Assembly: GCA_964484165.1 (NCBI GenBank)
Contig: CAZAFS010000001.1
Coordinates: 763-64,762, forward strand
DNA: 64,000 nt
Reading direction: 5' to 3'
Source of the DNA: an uncultured Opitutaceae bacterium
Lineage (GTDB): Bacteria; Verrucomicrobiota; Verrucomicrobiia; Opitutales; Opitutaceae
In this document: one piece after another, positions 53,566 through 63,053 of the stretch
Layout: the number at the start of each line of letters is the position of its first letter
Position numbering within the stretch: position 1 is the stretch's first letter
Notes under the pieces: generated by a model
Told to the model about the DNA's origin: nothing
The model's input: only the letters and a program-made list of their open reading frames with translations
The model's database searches: none
Program-made: the position numbers and the translations under genes

Positions 53566-54384
53566 TTAGGGTGCGATTGTCGCGGCGCGAAACGCGATCA
53601 TCGTTTGCGCTCCAGCCGTCGTTGAGTCTGGTAGCGGTAGGACCTCCGCCGACAAATAGCCGTGGTAGCCGATGGCGCGCAATGCCGCCACGACCGAAGC
53701 GATCGCCGTGTGCCCGAATCCGACGGCCCGGCGATTCGAATCGGCAAAGTGAACATGGCCGATGAGCGGTCCGGCCCCGCGCAGCGCCGCCGCCAAGTCC
53801 GCCTCCTCAATGTTCATGTGAAAGAGGTCAGCGAGAATCTGGATATTGCGCGTGTGCAGTGTTCGAAACCACTCCGCCGTGTCGCCGAGGCGGTTAAACA
53901 GATTCGTTTCGTAACGGTTGAGGGGCTCGAAGAGGAGGGGTAACCCGCGCCGTGACGCGTGCTCGCCGAGATCCTCCAGCGCCTCCGTCAGCATAGCGAG
54001 GGCCTCGGTTCGCGTTACCGCGGCATCATGTCTGCCTTGCATCGACCCGATAATCGCGGGCGCCTCAAACTCCGCCGCAACATCTATTATGCGACGGATG
54101 AACTCCCGGGCCGCCCGACGAATGTCTGGATGGACGTGCGTCAGCGTCAGCCCGTACCGCACCGAGCCGCCGCCGGTCGCTACTGCAGCCACCGCTAGCC
54201 GGCTACGCGCGAGCATGGCGCGCGTCGCCGCTACGTCGATGGCCCGCGCGTCTGGTGGGAAGATTTCGACGGCGTCGAAGCCTAGTTCAGCCGCCGCTTC
54301 ACAACCGAGTTCCAGACCCTCCCAAAACACAAATGGCCCGCCTCTCGCTTCGGGCACCAGGGAAATCGTGACGGCGGATCGCAT
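53566..54384 (-). CDS. Xylose-isomerase-like TIM-barrel sugar-phosphate isomerase/epimerase
   Basis: This is ORF 53566..54399; the track start is GTG and an ATG lies at 54384. The motifs are GFDAVEIF, LLFEPLNRYETN, ILADLFHMNIEE, HVHFADSNR and GYHGYLSAE. Confidence 0.85.
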   Translation of the reverse strand: MRSAVTISLVPEARGGPFVFWEGLELGCEAAAELGFDAVEIFPPDARAIDVAATRAMLARSRLAVAAVATGGGSVRYGLTLTHVHPDIRRAAREFIRRIIDVAAEFEAPAIIGSMQGRHDAAVTRTEALAMLTEALEDLGEHASRRGLPLLFEPLNRYETNLFNRLGDTAEWFRTLHTRNIQILADLFHMNIEEADLAAALRGAGPLIGHVHFADSNRRAVGFGHTAIASVVAALRAIGYHGYLSAEVLPLPDSTTAGAQTMIAFRAATIAP

Positions 54385-54806
54385 GGCGGAGTTTCTCACC
54401 GTAGGCTGGGCCGTAGCAACGGGAACTGGACGCCAACGCTGGGGCCGGAGAAATGAAGAAGAAGGCGGGCGTCACGCGGGCTCTTGTTATCGGTCGCAAA
54501 CGTGGGTGGGCGGCGCGTTTCACCCCCACCTACCAGTGCTTCCAAAGCGATTCCCTTGAGGCCGGCGTTGTACAGTCTCAGGTGGTCAATCGCGTGGAGG
54601 CGTTTGCGTTTCGTGGCGGTGAGTGGGACGGCCATGATCGACCCGGGAATAGTGGGAGAGTCGGTCAAACGGGATGACGCTGCCGCTACTTCGGTGGTGC
54701 CACTCCTAAAACATATCATAGCACGCCACGGGCTTGTCGCACCTACGGCATCGAGTTTCCCATCAAGTACAGGTATTAAAACAGAACTCACTGCCATGGA
54801 ATTGCT

Positions 54807-54975
54807 CTAAAGTATGTTTTCAAAATCGATGAGTGAGCCAATCGACAACGGCAGCAAGTTGGACCAAGCCAAGAAACACGATGGCGAGTCTGTCGTAATG
54901 CGTGCCGACGCGGCGATAGCGTTTGATGCGACCGAAGAAGTCTTCGACCTGTGCCAGCAGCGATGATCGCTGCGG
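54807..54975 (-). mobile_element. IS5-family transposase C-terminal fragment with its terminal repeat
   Basis: ...LLAQVEDFFGRIKRYRRVGTHYDRLAIVFLGLVQLAAVVDWLTHRF* parallels ENFFARIKRYRRIATRYEKLADHFLGFLLFAAVLDWL of the intact IS5. The end sequence (reverse complement of 54807-54826), ATTTTGAAAACATACTTTAG, resembles GGTTTGAAGACACGCCGTAG. Confidence 0.6.
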
Positions 54976-55017
54976 TGAAAAGCGACCGACCAGCGGCGCG
55001 TGCGCTTGGGTGGGATG

Positions 55018-55294
55018 CAGACACGCGTGCGCTGCTGAGACCCTCGCCTGGCACTCGGCCCCCGTTGGCCGCCTCGGTGGTCGAGGCGAACCAGCGTTCA
55101 TCGATGCCCCCGCCGGGCGCGCCGAAGGCATAGAGATCATCCGGGTGCAGTTTGCGGCGCTTGCCCGACTGCAGGAATGACCGCGCCACACAGCAGGGTG
55201 CCACCCGCAGCAGGCCGCCGGTGCGGGCCAGCTCGGCCGCGACTGCGGTAGGCAGATTTTTGCCCAGAAGACGTAGTTCACGAATGGTTTTCAC
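55018..55294 (-). pseudogene. N-terminal fragment of an unidentified (possibly cupin-type sugar isomerase) gene, cut off by the IS5 fragment
   Basis: MKTIRELRLLGKNLPTAVAAELARTGGLLRVAPCCVARSFLQSGKRRKLHPDDLYAFGAPGGGIDERWFASTTEAANGGRVPGEG is followed by a loss of coding character. It lies 20 nt downstream of the ABC binding-protein gene on the same strand. The family assignment is a guess. Confidence 0.3.
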
Positions 55295-55313
55295 GGTAGA
55301 GTTCGCTTCCCCG

Positions 55314-56267
55314 TTATTTCAGGAAAGCCTGGACGTTTTCGGCGGTGACCAGCCGGAAGGGGATCAGCACCTTTTGGCCCGGCGCCCCGCCGCGGGCGAG
55401 TGCGACGGCTACCTCGACGGCGGCCGTGCCCTGGGCCTTAGCGTCTTGAAAGACGGTGGCATCGAGCCGGCCGGCTTGCACAGCGGCCACGGCGTCGGCG
55501 ATGGCGTCTACGCTGACGACCAAGATGCGCTTCTTCAGGCCCGCCTGCTCAAGGGCAATCACCGCGCCCATCCCCATTTCGTCGTTCTGGGCGAAGACGG
55601 CGTCGATCGCACTGCCGTGCGATTGCAGCCAGTTTTCCATCAGGCTGATCGCCTTCGCGCGGTCCCATTCGGCCGTTTGCTCGGCAATGAGTTGCAGCCC
55701 CGGGTTTTTCGCCAGAACTTCACGCGCCCCTTGGTCGCGCTTCACCTGCGCGGCCTGCCCCATGAAACCGTGCATCATGACCACCCGGCCGTGTCCGTGC
55801 AGCCGGTCCACGAGATAGCTCATCGCAATGCGGCCGGACTCCTCGTCGTCGGAGCCGACGAAGGCATCGGGTGCGGCCCGGGTTTCGGAATTGACGTTGA
55901 CGATCGGAATCCGCGCCGCTCGGGCGCTCTCGACCGCAGGGGAGCTGGCGTCGACTTCACAGGGATTCAGGATGATGGCCGATACGCGGCGCGCGACAAA
56001 GGCCTCGACCTGCTGCACCTGCTTTTCCGGGTTACGTTGCGCGTCGTTGACGATCAGAATGACGCCCAGCTCCTTCGCTTTCGCCTGCATCGCCTGGTCG
56101 AGCATCACGATGAATTCCGAGGAGAGGTTCATGAGGGAAACTCCTACCACGATGCCGCCGCCGGGATTCGGCGCGGCGGGATCGCTCTTCCGGGTGCAGC
56201 CCGCGGTGACGATCGCGAGCGCGAGAACCAAGGCCAGGGAGCTCCGTCCACCTCGTGGCATATTCAT
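55314..56267 (-). CDS. Sugar ABC transporter substrate-binding lipoprotein (RbsB-like)
   Basis: It has a lipobox, ALAIVTAGC. It is PBP1-like: GVSLMNLSSEFIV, VNDAQRNPEKQ, VFAQNDEMGMGA. Confidence 0.9.
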   Translation of the reverse strand: MNMPRGGRSSLALVLALAIVTAGCTRKSDPAAPNPGGGIVVGVSLMNLSSEFIVMLDQAMQAKAKELGVILIVNDAQRNPEKQVQQVEAFVARRVSAIILNPCEVDASSPAVESARAARIPIVNVNSETRAAPDAFVGSDDEESGRIAMSYLVDRLHGHGRVVMMHGFMGQAAQVKRDQGAREVLAKNPGLQLIAEQTAEWDRAKAISLMENWLQSHGSAIDAVFAQNDEMGMGAVIALEQAGLKKRILVVSVDAIADAVAAVQAGRLDATVFQDAKAQGTAAVEVAVALARGGAPGQKVLIPFRLVTAENVQAFLK

Positions 56268-56275
56268 AGGGAATG

Positions 56276-57244
56276 TCAGTCCAGATTGCGCCGGTCGAAG
56301 CAGACCGCCGCGATGATAATGATGCCCTTGACGATGAGCTGGTAATACGAGGGCACATTGAGCAGATCCAAGCCGTTATTGATAACGCCGATCAAGACCA
56401 CCCCTAGCACCGTGTCGTGGATCTGGCCGACGCCTCCGGCCAAGCTCGTTCCGCCGATGACGGCCGCCGTAATGGCATCGAGTTCATAGCCCACGCCGGC
56501 GTTGGGTTGGCCCGTCGTGATGCGGGCGGCCAGGACCACGCCCGCCAATCCGGCCGCGAGCCCACAGATCGTATAGGCCAAGAGTTTGATATTGGCGACG
56601 CTGAGCCCGGACGCGCGCGCGGCGTGCTCGTTGCCCCCGACCGCGTAGATGTAGCGACCGAGCCGGAAATTCTTCAGGAAGAGGTGGGCAGCGAGGGCCA
56701 CCGCGGCGAAAATCACCACCGGCACCGGCACCCCCAAGACGGTAGTGCTGGCCATGCTGGTGAAAGTTCGGTCGAGATGGGAGACCGGGCGCCCATTGCT
56801 GACCACCAACGCCAAGCCGCGGGCGGCGGTCATCATCCCCAACGTGACGATAAACGGCGCGACCCGAGCGCGCGTGATCACCAGCCCATTGACCGCGCCG
56901 CACACCCCGCCGGTCAGGACTCCGGCCAGAAGCCCCAACCCCAGCGGCCACATTCCACCGGATTGGGCCGAGCCTGCCGCCACCACGCCGGCCAGGGCGA
57001 CGATGGAGCCGAGCGACAGATCCACGCCTCCGGTGAGAAGGACAAACGTCACCCCGACCGCCAGGATGCCGTTGATGGCAATCTGCCGGATGACATTCAG
57101 CAGATTGGCCGGGGCCACGAATTGCGGCTGCATGACCGCTAGCAGGCCGCTGATCGCCAACAGCGCGAGGAGCAGCATGTAGGTGGCAAGCCATCGACGC
57201 CAGCGTTGTGCCCAGAATTCGGAAATGGCCGGGGACAAGGACAT
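56276..57244 (-). CDS. Sugar ABC transporter permease (RbsC-like)
   Basis: The ORF is 322 aa and hydrophobic throughout. The motifs are LTGGVDLSLGSIVAL and GGTSLAGGVG. Confidence 0.9.
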   Translation of the reverse strand: MSLSPAISEFWAQRWRRWLATYMLLLALLAISGLLAVMQPQFVAPANLLNVIRQIAINGILAVGVTFVLLTGGVDLSLGSIVALAGVVAAGSAQSGGMWPLGLGLLAGVLTGGVCGAVNGLVITRARVAPFIVTLGMMTAARGLALVVSNGRPVSHLDRTFTSMASTTVLGVPVPVVIFAAVALAAHLFLKNFRLGRYIYAVGGNEHAARASGLSVANIKLLAYTICGLAAGLAGVVLAARITTGQPNAGVGYELDAITAAVIGGTSLAGGVGQIHDTVLGVVLIGVINNGLDLLNVPSYYQLIVKGIIIIAAVCFDRRNLD

Positions 57245-57247
57245 GGT

Positions 57248-58756
57248 TCAGTTTGCCAGGGCGTACCGGACGATCTCGTCCTGTGTGGTTCGCTGCGGGT
57301 CGAGTTCCGCCACCAACGCGCCCTCGCGCAGCACGAGCAAGCGGTCGCACAGCAGCAGCAACTCCGGCAGTTCCGACGAAACCATAATGACCGCCCGCCC
57401 TTCCTGCGCCAGGCGAACGATTAGGGCATAGATCTCCATCTTCGCCCCGATGTCGACTCCCCGCGTCGGCTCATCGAGGATCAGGATCTCCGGCTCCGTG
57501 AAAAGCGCCTTCGCCAGGACCACTTTTTGCTGGTTGCCACCGCTCAGCCGTTTGACCGGCTGGTCTCGGTGTGACACCTTGATTGCAAAGCGGGCGATCA
57601 GGTCGTCGGCACTGTCCTGCTCCTGCCGGCGACGGATCCAGCCGCCGCGGGAGCACCGCCAGAGACTGGTCAGCGTCAGGTTGTGCTCGACCGACATGCC
57701 GAGCACCAGCCCTTCCCGCCGGCGATCCTCGCTGACGAGGCCGATCCCGCCCCGGATCGCCTCCGCGGGCCGCGTAATGCGGGCGGGCCTCCCGCGGAGG
57801 CGAATCTCGCCGGCATCGGCGGGATCCAGGCCGTAGATGGCGTTGACCACCTCGGTGCGCCCGGCACCCATCATGCCTGCGAGGCCCAAGATTTCGCCGT
57901 GGCAAACCTGGAAGCTGATATCGCGAAACTTTCCCCGCTTGGTCAGGCCACGAACCGACAGGGCCTCGGTCCCGCGTTCGATTTTCGGCTTGTCGATTGT
58001 CATCGTCAGCTTCCGTCCGGCGATGCGCGCGATCAAGGTCGCCGCGTCCAGGTCCGCCGCCCGGTCCGACGAAACATGCCGTCCGTCGCGCAACACCGTA
58101 ATCCGGTCCGCAATCCGGTAAATCTCGTCCATCTTGTGCGAGATGTAGAGGATGGCCACGCCGCGCCGGCGCAGGTCCGCGATGAGCCGGAAGAGCGTGG
58201 CCACCTCCTGCGCCGAGATCGCCGAGGTCGGCTCGTCCATGATCAGCACATCGGCTCCGATGGACACCGCCTTGGCGATTTCGATCATCTGCAGCTCGGA
58301 AATCTTCAGGTCGCCCGCAAGGGTCTGCGGCGAGAGCGGCAGGCCCAGTTCCTCGAGCAACTTGCCGGCGTCGGCTATCATCTTCGCTCGCGCGACCGCC
58401 CCTGGCATGCGCGATCGCGGCTCTCGCCCGATGAAAATGTTCTCGGCCACCGAGAGGTTTCGAAAGGGCATCAGTTCCTGATGGATCATCGCAATGCCCG
58501 CCGTGATGGCGGCGTGCGGATCCACGAAACGGCGCGGCTGGCCCCGGAACAGGATCTCACCGGAGTCCGGCTGCTCCAAGCCGGCCAGCATTTTCATCAG
58601 GGTCGACTTCCCCGCTCCGTTCTCGCCCATCACGGCGTGCACTTCGCCCGCAAAGACGGCGAGGTGGACGTCATGCAGCACCCGAATCCCGGAAAAGGAT
58701 TTCGAGAGGCGACGTACCTCTAAGATCGGAGACGACAACTGAGCGGCACTACTCAT
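57248..58756 (-). CDS. Sugar ABC transporter ATP-binding protein with two ABC domains (RbsA-like)
   Basis: It has two Walker A sites (GENGAGKST, GMMGAGRTE), two signature motifs (ISELQMIE..., LSGGNQQK) and Walker B motifs (LIMDEPT, ILDEPTRGVD). Confidence 0.9.
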   Translation of the reverse strand: MSSAAQLSSPILEVRRLSKSFSGIRVLHDVHLAVFAGEVHAVMGENGAGKSTLMKMLAGLEQPDSGEILFRGQPRRFVDPHAAITAGIAMIHQELMPFRNLSVAENIFIGREPRSRMPGAVARAKMIADAGKLLEELGLPLSPQTLAGDLKISELQMIEIAKAVSIGADVLIMDEPTSAISAQEVATLFRLIADLRRRGVAILYISHKMDEIYRIADRITVLRDGRHVSSDRAADLDAATLIARIAGRKLTMTIDKPKIERGTEALSVRGLTKRGKFRDISFQVCHGEILGLAGMMGAGRTEVVNAIYGLDPADAGEIRLRGRPARITRPAEAIRGGIGLVSEDRRREGLVLGMSVEHNLTLTSLWRCSRGGWIRRRQEQDSADDLIARFAIKVSHRDQPVKRLSGGNQQKVVLAKALFTEPEILILDEPTRGVDIGAKMEIYALIVRLAQEGRAVIMVSSELPELLLLCDRLLVLREGALVAELDPQRTTQDEIVRYALAN

Positions 58757-59013
58757 AGATCCAACCGTGGCAGCATGGGCCTGTATTCACGAACCGCCGG
58801 CTTCAGCTCTGATCTTCAGAACCCACGCATGTTCGCATGGCCAACTGCTTTCATCCTGCAACCGCAGCGGAAATTTCACAACGGGAGCATGGCACACGGC
58901 CGCGGCCCGGGGCAATCCGCGAAGGTGGTTCGGACATGGGGCCACTTGTTTCGGTTTGAATAGACCGGCGGGATCGCGGTCGACTGGCGGGCGTCGCTCC
59001 GCTATGCTGAAGT

Positions 59014-59796
59014 ATGGAACCGACCCCTCTTCCCATGAGCAAAGAAGTCCCGCGATTATCCGATGGCGAACTGCACGAGCTCAGGCGGTGGAACACACCC
59101 ACGATCTACAACGGCTGGGAGCAGATCACGAAGCACAACGCCGCGCGCGATGCCTTCAATCTCGAACCGGTGCGCGACTACATGCCGCACATGGGCCCGA
59201 TGGTCGGCTACGCTGTGACCATGGTCTGTGAGCCGGGCAATCCGCGCCACCCGAAGAAAAATCCCCAGGCGTGGAGCCAATACCGGCGCTACCTTGCGTC
59301 CATTCCCGGCCCGAAGATCGTGGTGGTGCAGGATCTCGACAAGCCGCGCATGATTGCCGCGTTCTGGGGCGAGGTGACCAGCAATTTCCACCGTGCCCTC
59401 GGCTGCGTCGGCACGATCATCGATGGCGGCATTCGCGACCTCGACGAGATGAACGCAGCCGGCTTCAAAGCGCTCGCGCGCGGTGTGTGCGTGGGCCACG
59501 CACATTCGTGTCCGGTGTGCTGGGGGGTGACGGTCGAGGTCTTCGGCCGGAAAATCCGACCCGGCCAGTTGATCCACGCCGACAAGCACGGGTTCCTCGC
59601 CGTGCCGTTCGGCGAGGAAGCGGGGTTGCTCGAGGCGGCGAAGTTCATGGACGCCAGCGAATGCCGCACCTTGATTGCCGCCGCGCGCGACATTGCCGGC
59701 CGGACGCCGGAACAGATTTGCGCTGCGCTCGACCGGGCAGGTGTGGCGTTCAAGCAGGCCGCGAAGAAGCGGTTCGGTCACAAGGGCGAATGGTAG
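59014..59796 (+). CDS. RraA-family protein (HMG/oxaloacetate aldolase-decarboxylase-like)
   Basis: The motifs are VVVQDLDKPRMIAAFWGEVTS, GTIIDGGIRDLDEM, PVCWGVTVEVFGRKIRPGQLIHADKHGFLAVP. An alternative start lies at 59035. Confidence 0.8.
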   Translation: MEPTPLPMSKEVPRLSDGELHELRRWNTPTIYNGWEQITKHNAARDAFNLEPVRDYMPHMGPMVGYAVTMVCEPGNPRHPKKNPQAWSQYRRYLASIPGPKIVVVQDLDKPRMIAAFWGEVTSNFHRALGCVGTIIDGGIRDLDEMNAAGFKALARGVCVGHAHSCPVCWGVTVEVFGRKIRPGQLIHADKHGFLAVPFGEEAGLLEAAKFMDASECRTLIAAARDIAGRTPEQICAALDRAGVAFKQAAKKRFGHKGEW

Positions 59797-60371
59797 CCCG
59801 GACGCTCCAATTCGTCGGCGGACACAAACGCTGGCTGATCGTCACTATGCTGGCCGGGTTCGGTGTCGTGAACTATCTCGACCGGCAGGCGCTCCCCGTT
59901 CTGGCGCCGCCTCTGCGCAAGGAGCCTGTCATCTCGACCGAGCAGTATTCCTATATCGGCAGCACTTTTCCTACGGCCTCCGTGATCGGCTACGCGATCT
60001 CGGGTCGGATGCTCGACCGCATCGGCGTGAAGCTCGGGCTGGCGCTCGTGGCGGCGCACACCTCGCAGACGTGGCTGACCGTGACGGTCGTCGCCCTTTT
60101 GGTGGCGGCCCACGGGTGCTGGGGTGTAAACAAGCCCACACTGGCCTCCGAGATTGTTCCGCGGGGTCAGGTGGCGAGGCTCGTGTCGCTGGCCGGCATT
60201 GCCGGCAGTATCGACGGCGTGCTGTCGACGCTGCTGGCCGGCCGTCTCATCACCTCCGCCGGCTGCGTGCCGGTGTTCACCGGCCTGGGATTCCTGCACT
60301 CGGCGGCGTTTGTTGTTCTCCGGTTGACGTTGCGGCGCAGCATAGCCGGCGCGGGGAAGGCGAGGGCATGA
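59790..60371 (+). pseudogene. MFS (hexuronate/ACS-type-like) transporter with a large internal deletion
   Basis: The MFS N-terminus (RWLIVTMLAGFGVVNYLDRQALPVLAPPL...GYAISGRMLDRIGVKLG) is joined directly to C-terminal helices (...LASEIVPRGQVARLVSLAGIAGSIDGVLSTLLAGRLI...). The total is about 193 aa, against an expected length above 400 aa. Its start overlaps the RraA 3' end and its stop overlaps the next ATG. Confidence 0.55.
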
Positions 60372-61651
60372 CGACAGTGCCGCCAGACCACGGCGAGAGG
60401 GTGAGGCAGGCCGCCCGTGAGATCCGCATGCACTTGGAACAGGGCATCATCCCGTTCTGGCGTGACCATGCCGCGGACCGGGAGTGCGGAGGTTACCTGA
60501 CATGGTTCGACGAGCAGGGGCGCTCGCTAGGCACGCAGGAAAAGTATCTAAACAAACAATGCCGGCTGCTCTGGTGGTTTTCGACGCTGGCCCGCCGTTA
60601 TCCCGCTCAGGCCGAATTCAGGACGCTGGCGCGGCGCGGCCTAGAATTCATCGAACGACACTTTTGGGACCATGAGCATGGGGGTTGGTATTGGAAAGTG
60701 CGCCGCGATGGCGGTCGGATTGACGATGGCAAGGTGGTCTACGGGCAGAGTTTCGCCATTTATGCGCTGGCGGAATATTTTCTGGCTACCCGCGATGCGC
60801 AGGCCCTCGAGCTCGCCGAGCGGACCTTCGATTTGCTGCAGATCCATTGTGCCGACACGGCACACGGCGGTTACCTGGAGAATCTGGAGCCTGACTGGGT
60901 GCTATCGGCAGCGGGCTTCCATGCCGGCGACCGCAAGTCGCTCGACACGCACCTGCACCTGCTGGAGTCATTCACGGTGCTGTTACCTGCGTCACGACGG
61001 GAACTGCATCGCCGCAAACTGCTCGAGGTCGCGGCGCTCATTCGGGCGCACATGATCGATCCGGCGACGGGTTGTGGACGCAACCAATTCGATATTGCGT
61101 TCAATCCGATCCCGGCCATTGCCATCCGCCGCACCTGGAACGCCGAGCGGCAGGGCAAAGCTCCGGCCGTGCCGACGGACACCACATCCTACGGGCACAA
61201 CCTCGAACTGGCCTGGTTGCTGCGGCGCGCGATCGAAACGGCGGGTGCGGATGTCGCGCCCTGGCGGGCCACGATGCGCGGGCTGCTGGAGCATGCGGTG
61301 ACCCACGGCATCGATCGGGAGTTTGGCGGCGTCTTTCGGGACGGGACCGCGACAGGCGGGCCGCTGGTGTTGGAGAAGGAATTTTGGCAAAATGCCGAGT
61401 CGCTGGTGGGCCTGCTCGATGGCTACGAGTTGTTTGGCGATGGGCGGTTTCTAGAGGCGTTTTTCAACGTATGGGCGTTCGCGCGCGATCATTTCGTCGC
61501 GCCCTGCGGCGAGTGGCGGATTTTGCTTGACCGGCAGGGGCGTGCGCTGGACGCGAACGTCGGCAACGACTGGAAGGCCGTTTATCATACGGGCCGGGCC
61601 ATGCTGGAATGCGTCGAGCGCCTGAAGCGTTTGTCGGACGACCGCGCGTGA
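60368..61651 (+). CDS. N-acylglucosamine 2-epimerase (AGE) superfamily protein
   Basis: This is the frame of ORF 59675..61651, with the ATG at 60368 (MTTVPPDHG). The motifs are IIPFWRDHAADRECGGY, QCRLLWWFS, GKVVYGQSFAIYALAEY, SYGHNLELAWLL and FWQNAESLVGLL. Confidence 0.85.
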   Translation: MTTVPPDHGERVRQAAREIRMHLEQGIIPFWRDHAADRECGGYLTWFDEQGRSLGTQEKYLNKQCRLLWWFSTLARRYPAQAEFRTLARRGLEFIERHFWDHEHGGWYWKVRRDGGRIDDGKVVYGQSFAIYALAEYFLATRDAQALELAERTFDLLQIHCADTAHGGYLENLEPDWVLSAAGFHAGDRKSLDTHLHLLESFTVLLPASRRELHRRKLLEVAALIRAHMIDPATGCGRNQFDIAFNPIPAIAIRRTWNAERQGKAPAVPTDTTSYGHNLELAWLLRRAIETAGADVAPWRATMRGLLEHAVTHGIDREFGGVFRDGTATGGPLVLEKEFWQNAESLVGLLDGYELFGDGRFLEAFFNVWAFARDHFVAPCGEWRILLDRQGRALDANVGNDWKAVYHTGRAMLECVERLKRLSDDRA

Positions 61652-61766
61652 ATGCGGGCAGCAGCTTGATCACGCGTGGCGATCGCGGCGCGGGCGTGGA
61701 GGGACGGGCCGGTTCCTCGAGCATGGCTCGCGGTATCAAGCGGCGCCGCCCCTGGCGTCTGGCAGG

Positions 61767-62027
61767 TCAGATGGCGTCGTCATGAAGCGATTTGACCGGC
61801 ACGCGCGCGAGCATGAGTTCGCGGCCGCCGCCGAGGACCGGGCTGCGAGTGTAGTGAATCAAGGCGTCGTCACTATGAAACGCCACACCGGGATAGGACC
61901 ACTCGTAGTTGATATCGTCCTCGATCACCGTGGGGAGCTCCCAGGACGTGCCGCCGTTGCGACTGACCGCGCACAGGAGCAGGCAACGAGACACGGCCCG
62001 CCCAGCCAACGATGCCACGCGAGCCGG
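61767..62027 (-). pseudogene. BNR/Asp-box (sialidase-like) protein, C-terminal fragment only
   Basis: It reads ...AVSRNGGTSWELPTVIEDDINYEWSYPGVAFHSDDALIHYTRSPVLGGGRELMLARVPVKSL, with an Asp-box (SRNGGTSW). The frame is closed by a stop at 62028-62030, only 10 nt below the upstream URO-D gene. Confidence 0.55.
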
Positions 62028-62036
62028 TCAGGCATT

Positions 62037-63053
62037 CTACCATTTGAACTCCACGAACGCCTCGTACATCGCGCGGATGTTTTCGAGCGGGACGTCCTCA
62101 GAGATCTCGCCGCAGGCGATGATGCCTCCTTCACTCGTACCGAGATCGTGGAGGAGCTGGTTGATGTATGCCTTCACCTCGGCGGGCGAGACGAACGGCA
62201 GGACGTTCTGGCGATCAATGTCGGTACGGAAACAGACCTTGCCCGCGAACTGTTTCAGCCGCTTTCGATCCATCACCGACGCCTGGCAGTTCAACACGAC
62301 CACGCCGAGTTCGATCAGGTCAGGAACGATCTCGATGATGTTGCCGTCGCTGTGATACCATACATCGATACCTGCCTCCTTGACCTTCGAGAACATCGCA
62401 CGGTACATCGGCTTGAAGAACGAGCGCCATTTCTCGGGCGCGATCATCAGGCTCTGTTGCGTTCCCCAGTCGTCGGCGAATTGCAGGCCCTGGTATTCCT
62501 TCTCCAGCCAACGATCTATAACCTTGAGCTGGAATTCAAGAAGCTCGTCGCGCAAGCGGTAAATCTCAGGGCGGTCGCTCACAACGTCCATGAGCGTGGC
62601 GTCCCACCCGTGCAGTTGCTGGAGTTGCTCAAAAAACGTGATCCATGCGCCGCGCGCGTAATATTCCTCGGCCTTACCAGCCATATGGCCGCTGTAGAGG
62701 CGATACTTCGGTACGCCGACCGTGAACACCGCCGGCCAGCGGTATTCGCTGTAATTGCTCCAGTCCTCCGCGATGGGGAACCCAGTGGGAATGCCGCAGC
62801 GTCCCGCGACTGTGACGTGCCACGTTGTTCCGAAATCGTCCTTATTGATGCCCAATTTGTAGAGCGGCGGCAGTTTCTCCTTCGGCAGATCGGGTAGCAG
62901 CCCCCAGCCGAAATCCTCGGGTACCGAGTCGGTAATTACCTGGAGCGTGTCGCCGTATTGGTACTGAGCCGCCGGCAGAATCGCATGCGAAATCGGCGGA
63001 CGGTCGGGGTTTTGGAAACGAATCGACCGAACCACCCTTTCTCGATTCGACAT
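62037..63053 (-). CDS. URO-D-family protein (second copy; variant metal motif)
   Basis: This is ORF 62037..63119; the plausible ATG at 63053 gives MSNRERVVRSIRFQNPDRPP. It is URO-D/MT2-like, but the H-x-C position reads WYHSDGN (H-x-D). The distal IIACGEISEDVP retains the Cys. The gene is AT-richer than its neighbours. Confidence 0.75.
   Translation of the reverse strand: MSNRERVVRSIRFQNPDRPPISHAILPAAQYQYGDTLQVITDSVPEDFGWGLLPDLPKEKLPPLYKLGINKDDFGTTWHVTVAGRCGIPTGFPIAEDWSNYSEYRWPAVFTVGVPKYRLYSGHMAGKAEEYYARGAWITFFEQLQQLHGWDATLMDVVSDRPEIYRLRDELLEFQLKVIDRWLEKEYQGLQFADDWGTQQSLMIAPEKWRSFFKPMYRAMFSKVKEAGIDVWYHSDGNIIEIVPDLIELGVVVLNCQASVMDRKRLKQFAGKVCFRTDIDRQNVLPFVSPAEVKAYINQLLHDLGTSEGGIIACGEISEDVPLENIRAMYEAFVEFKW

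Noticed and set aside
54396-54797. A 133-aa minus-strand ORF overlaps the start region of the TIM-barrel gene and begins next to the IS5 terminus.
   Set aside because: No family motifs were seen, and its upstream half looks like non-coding or IS-adjacent sequence. It may be a relic of a destroyed gene, but I cannot support a call.
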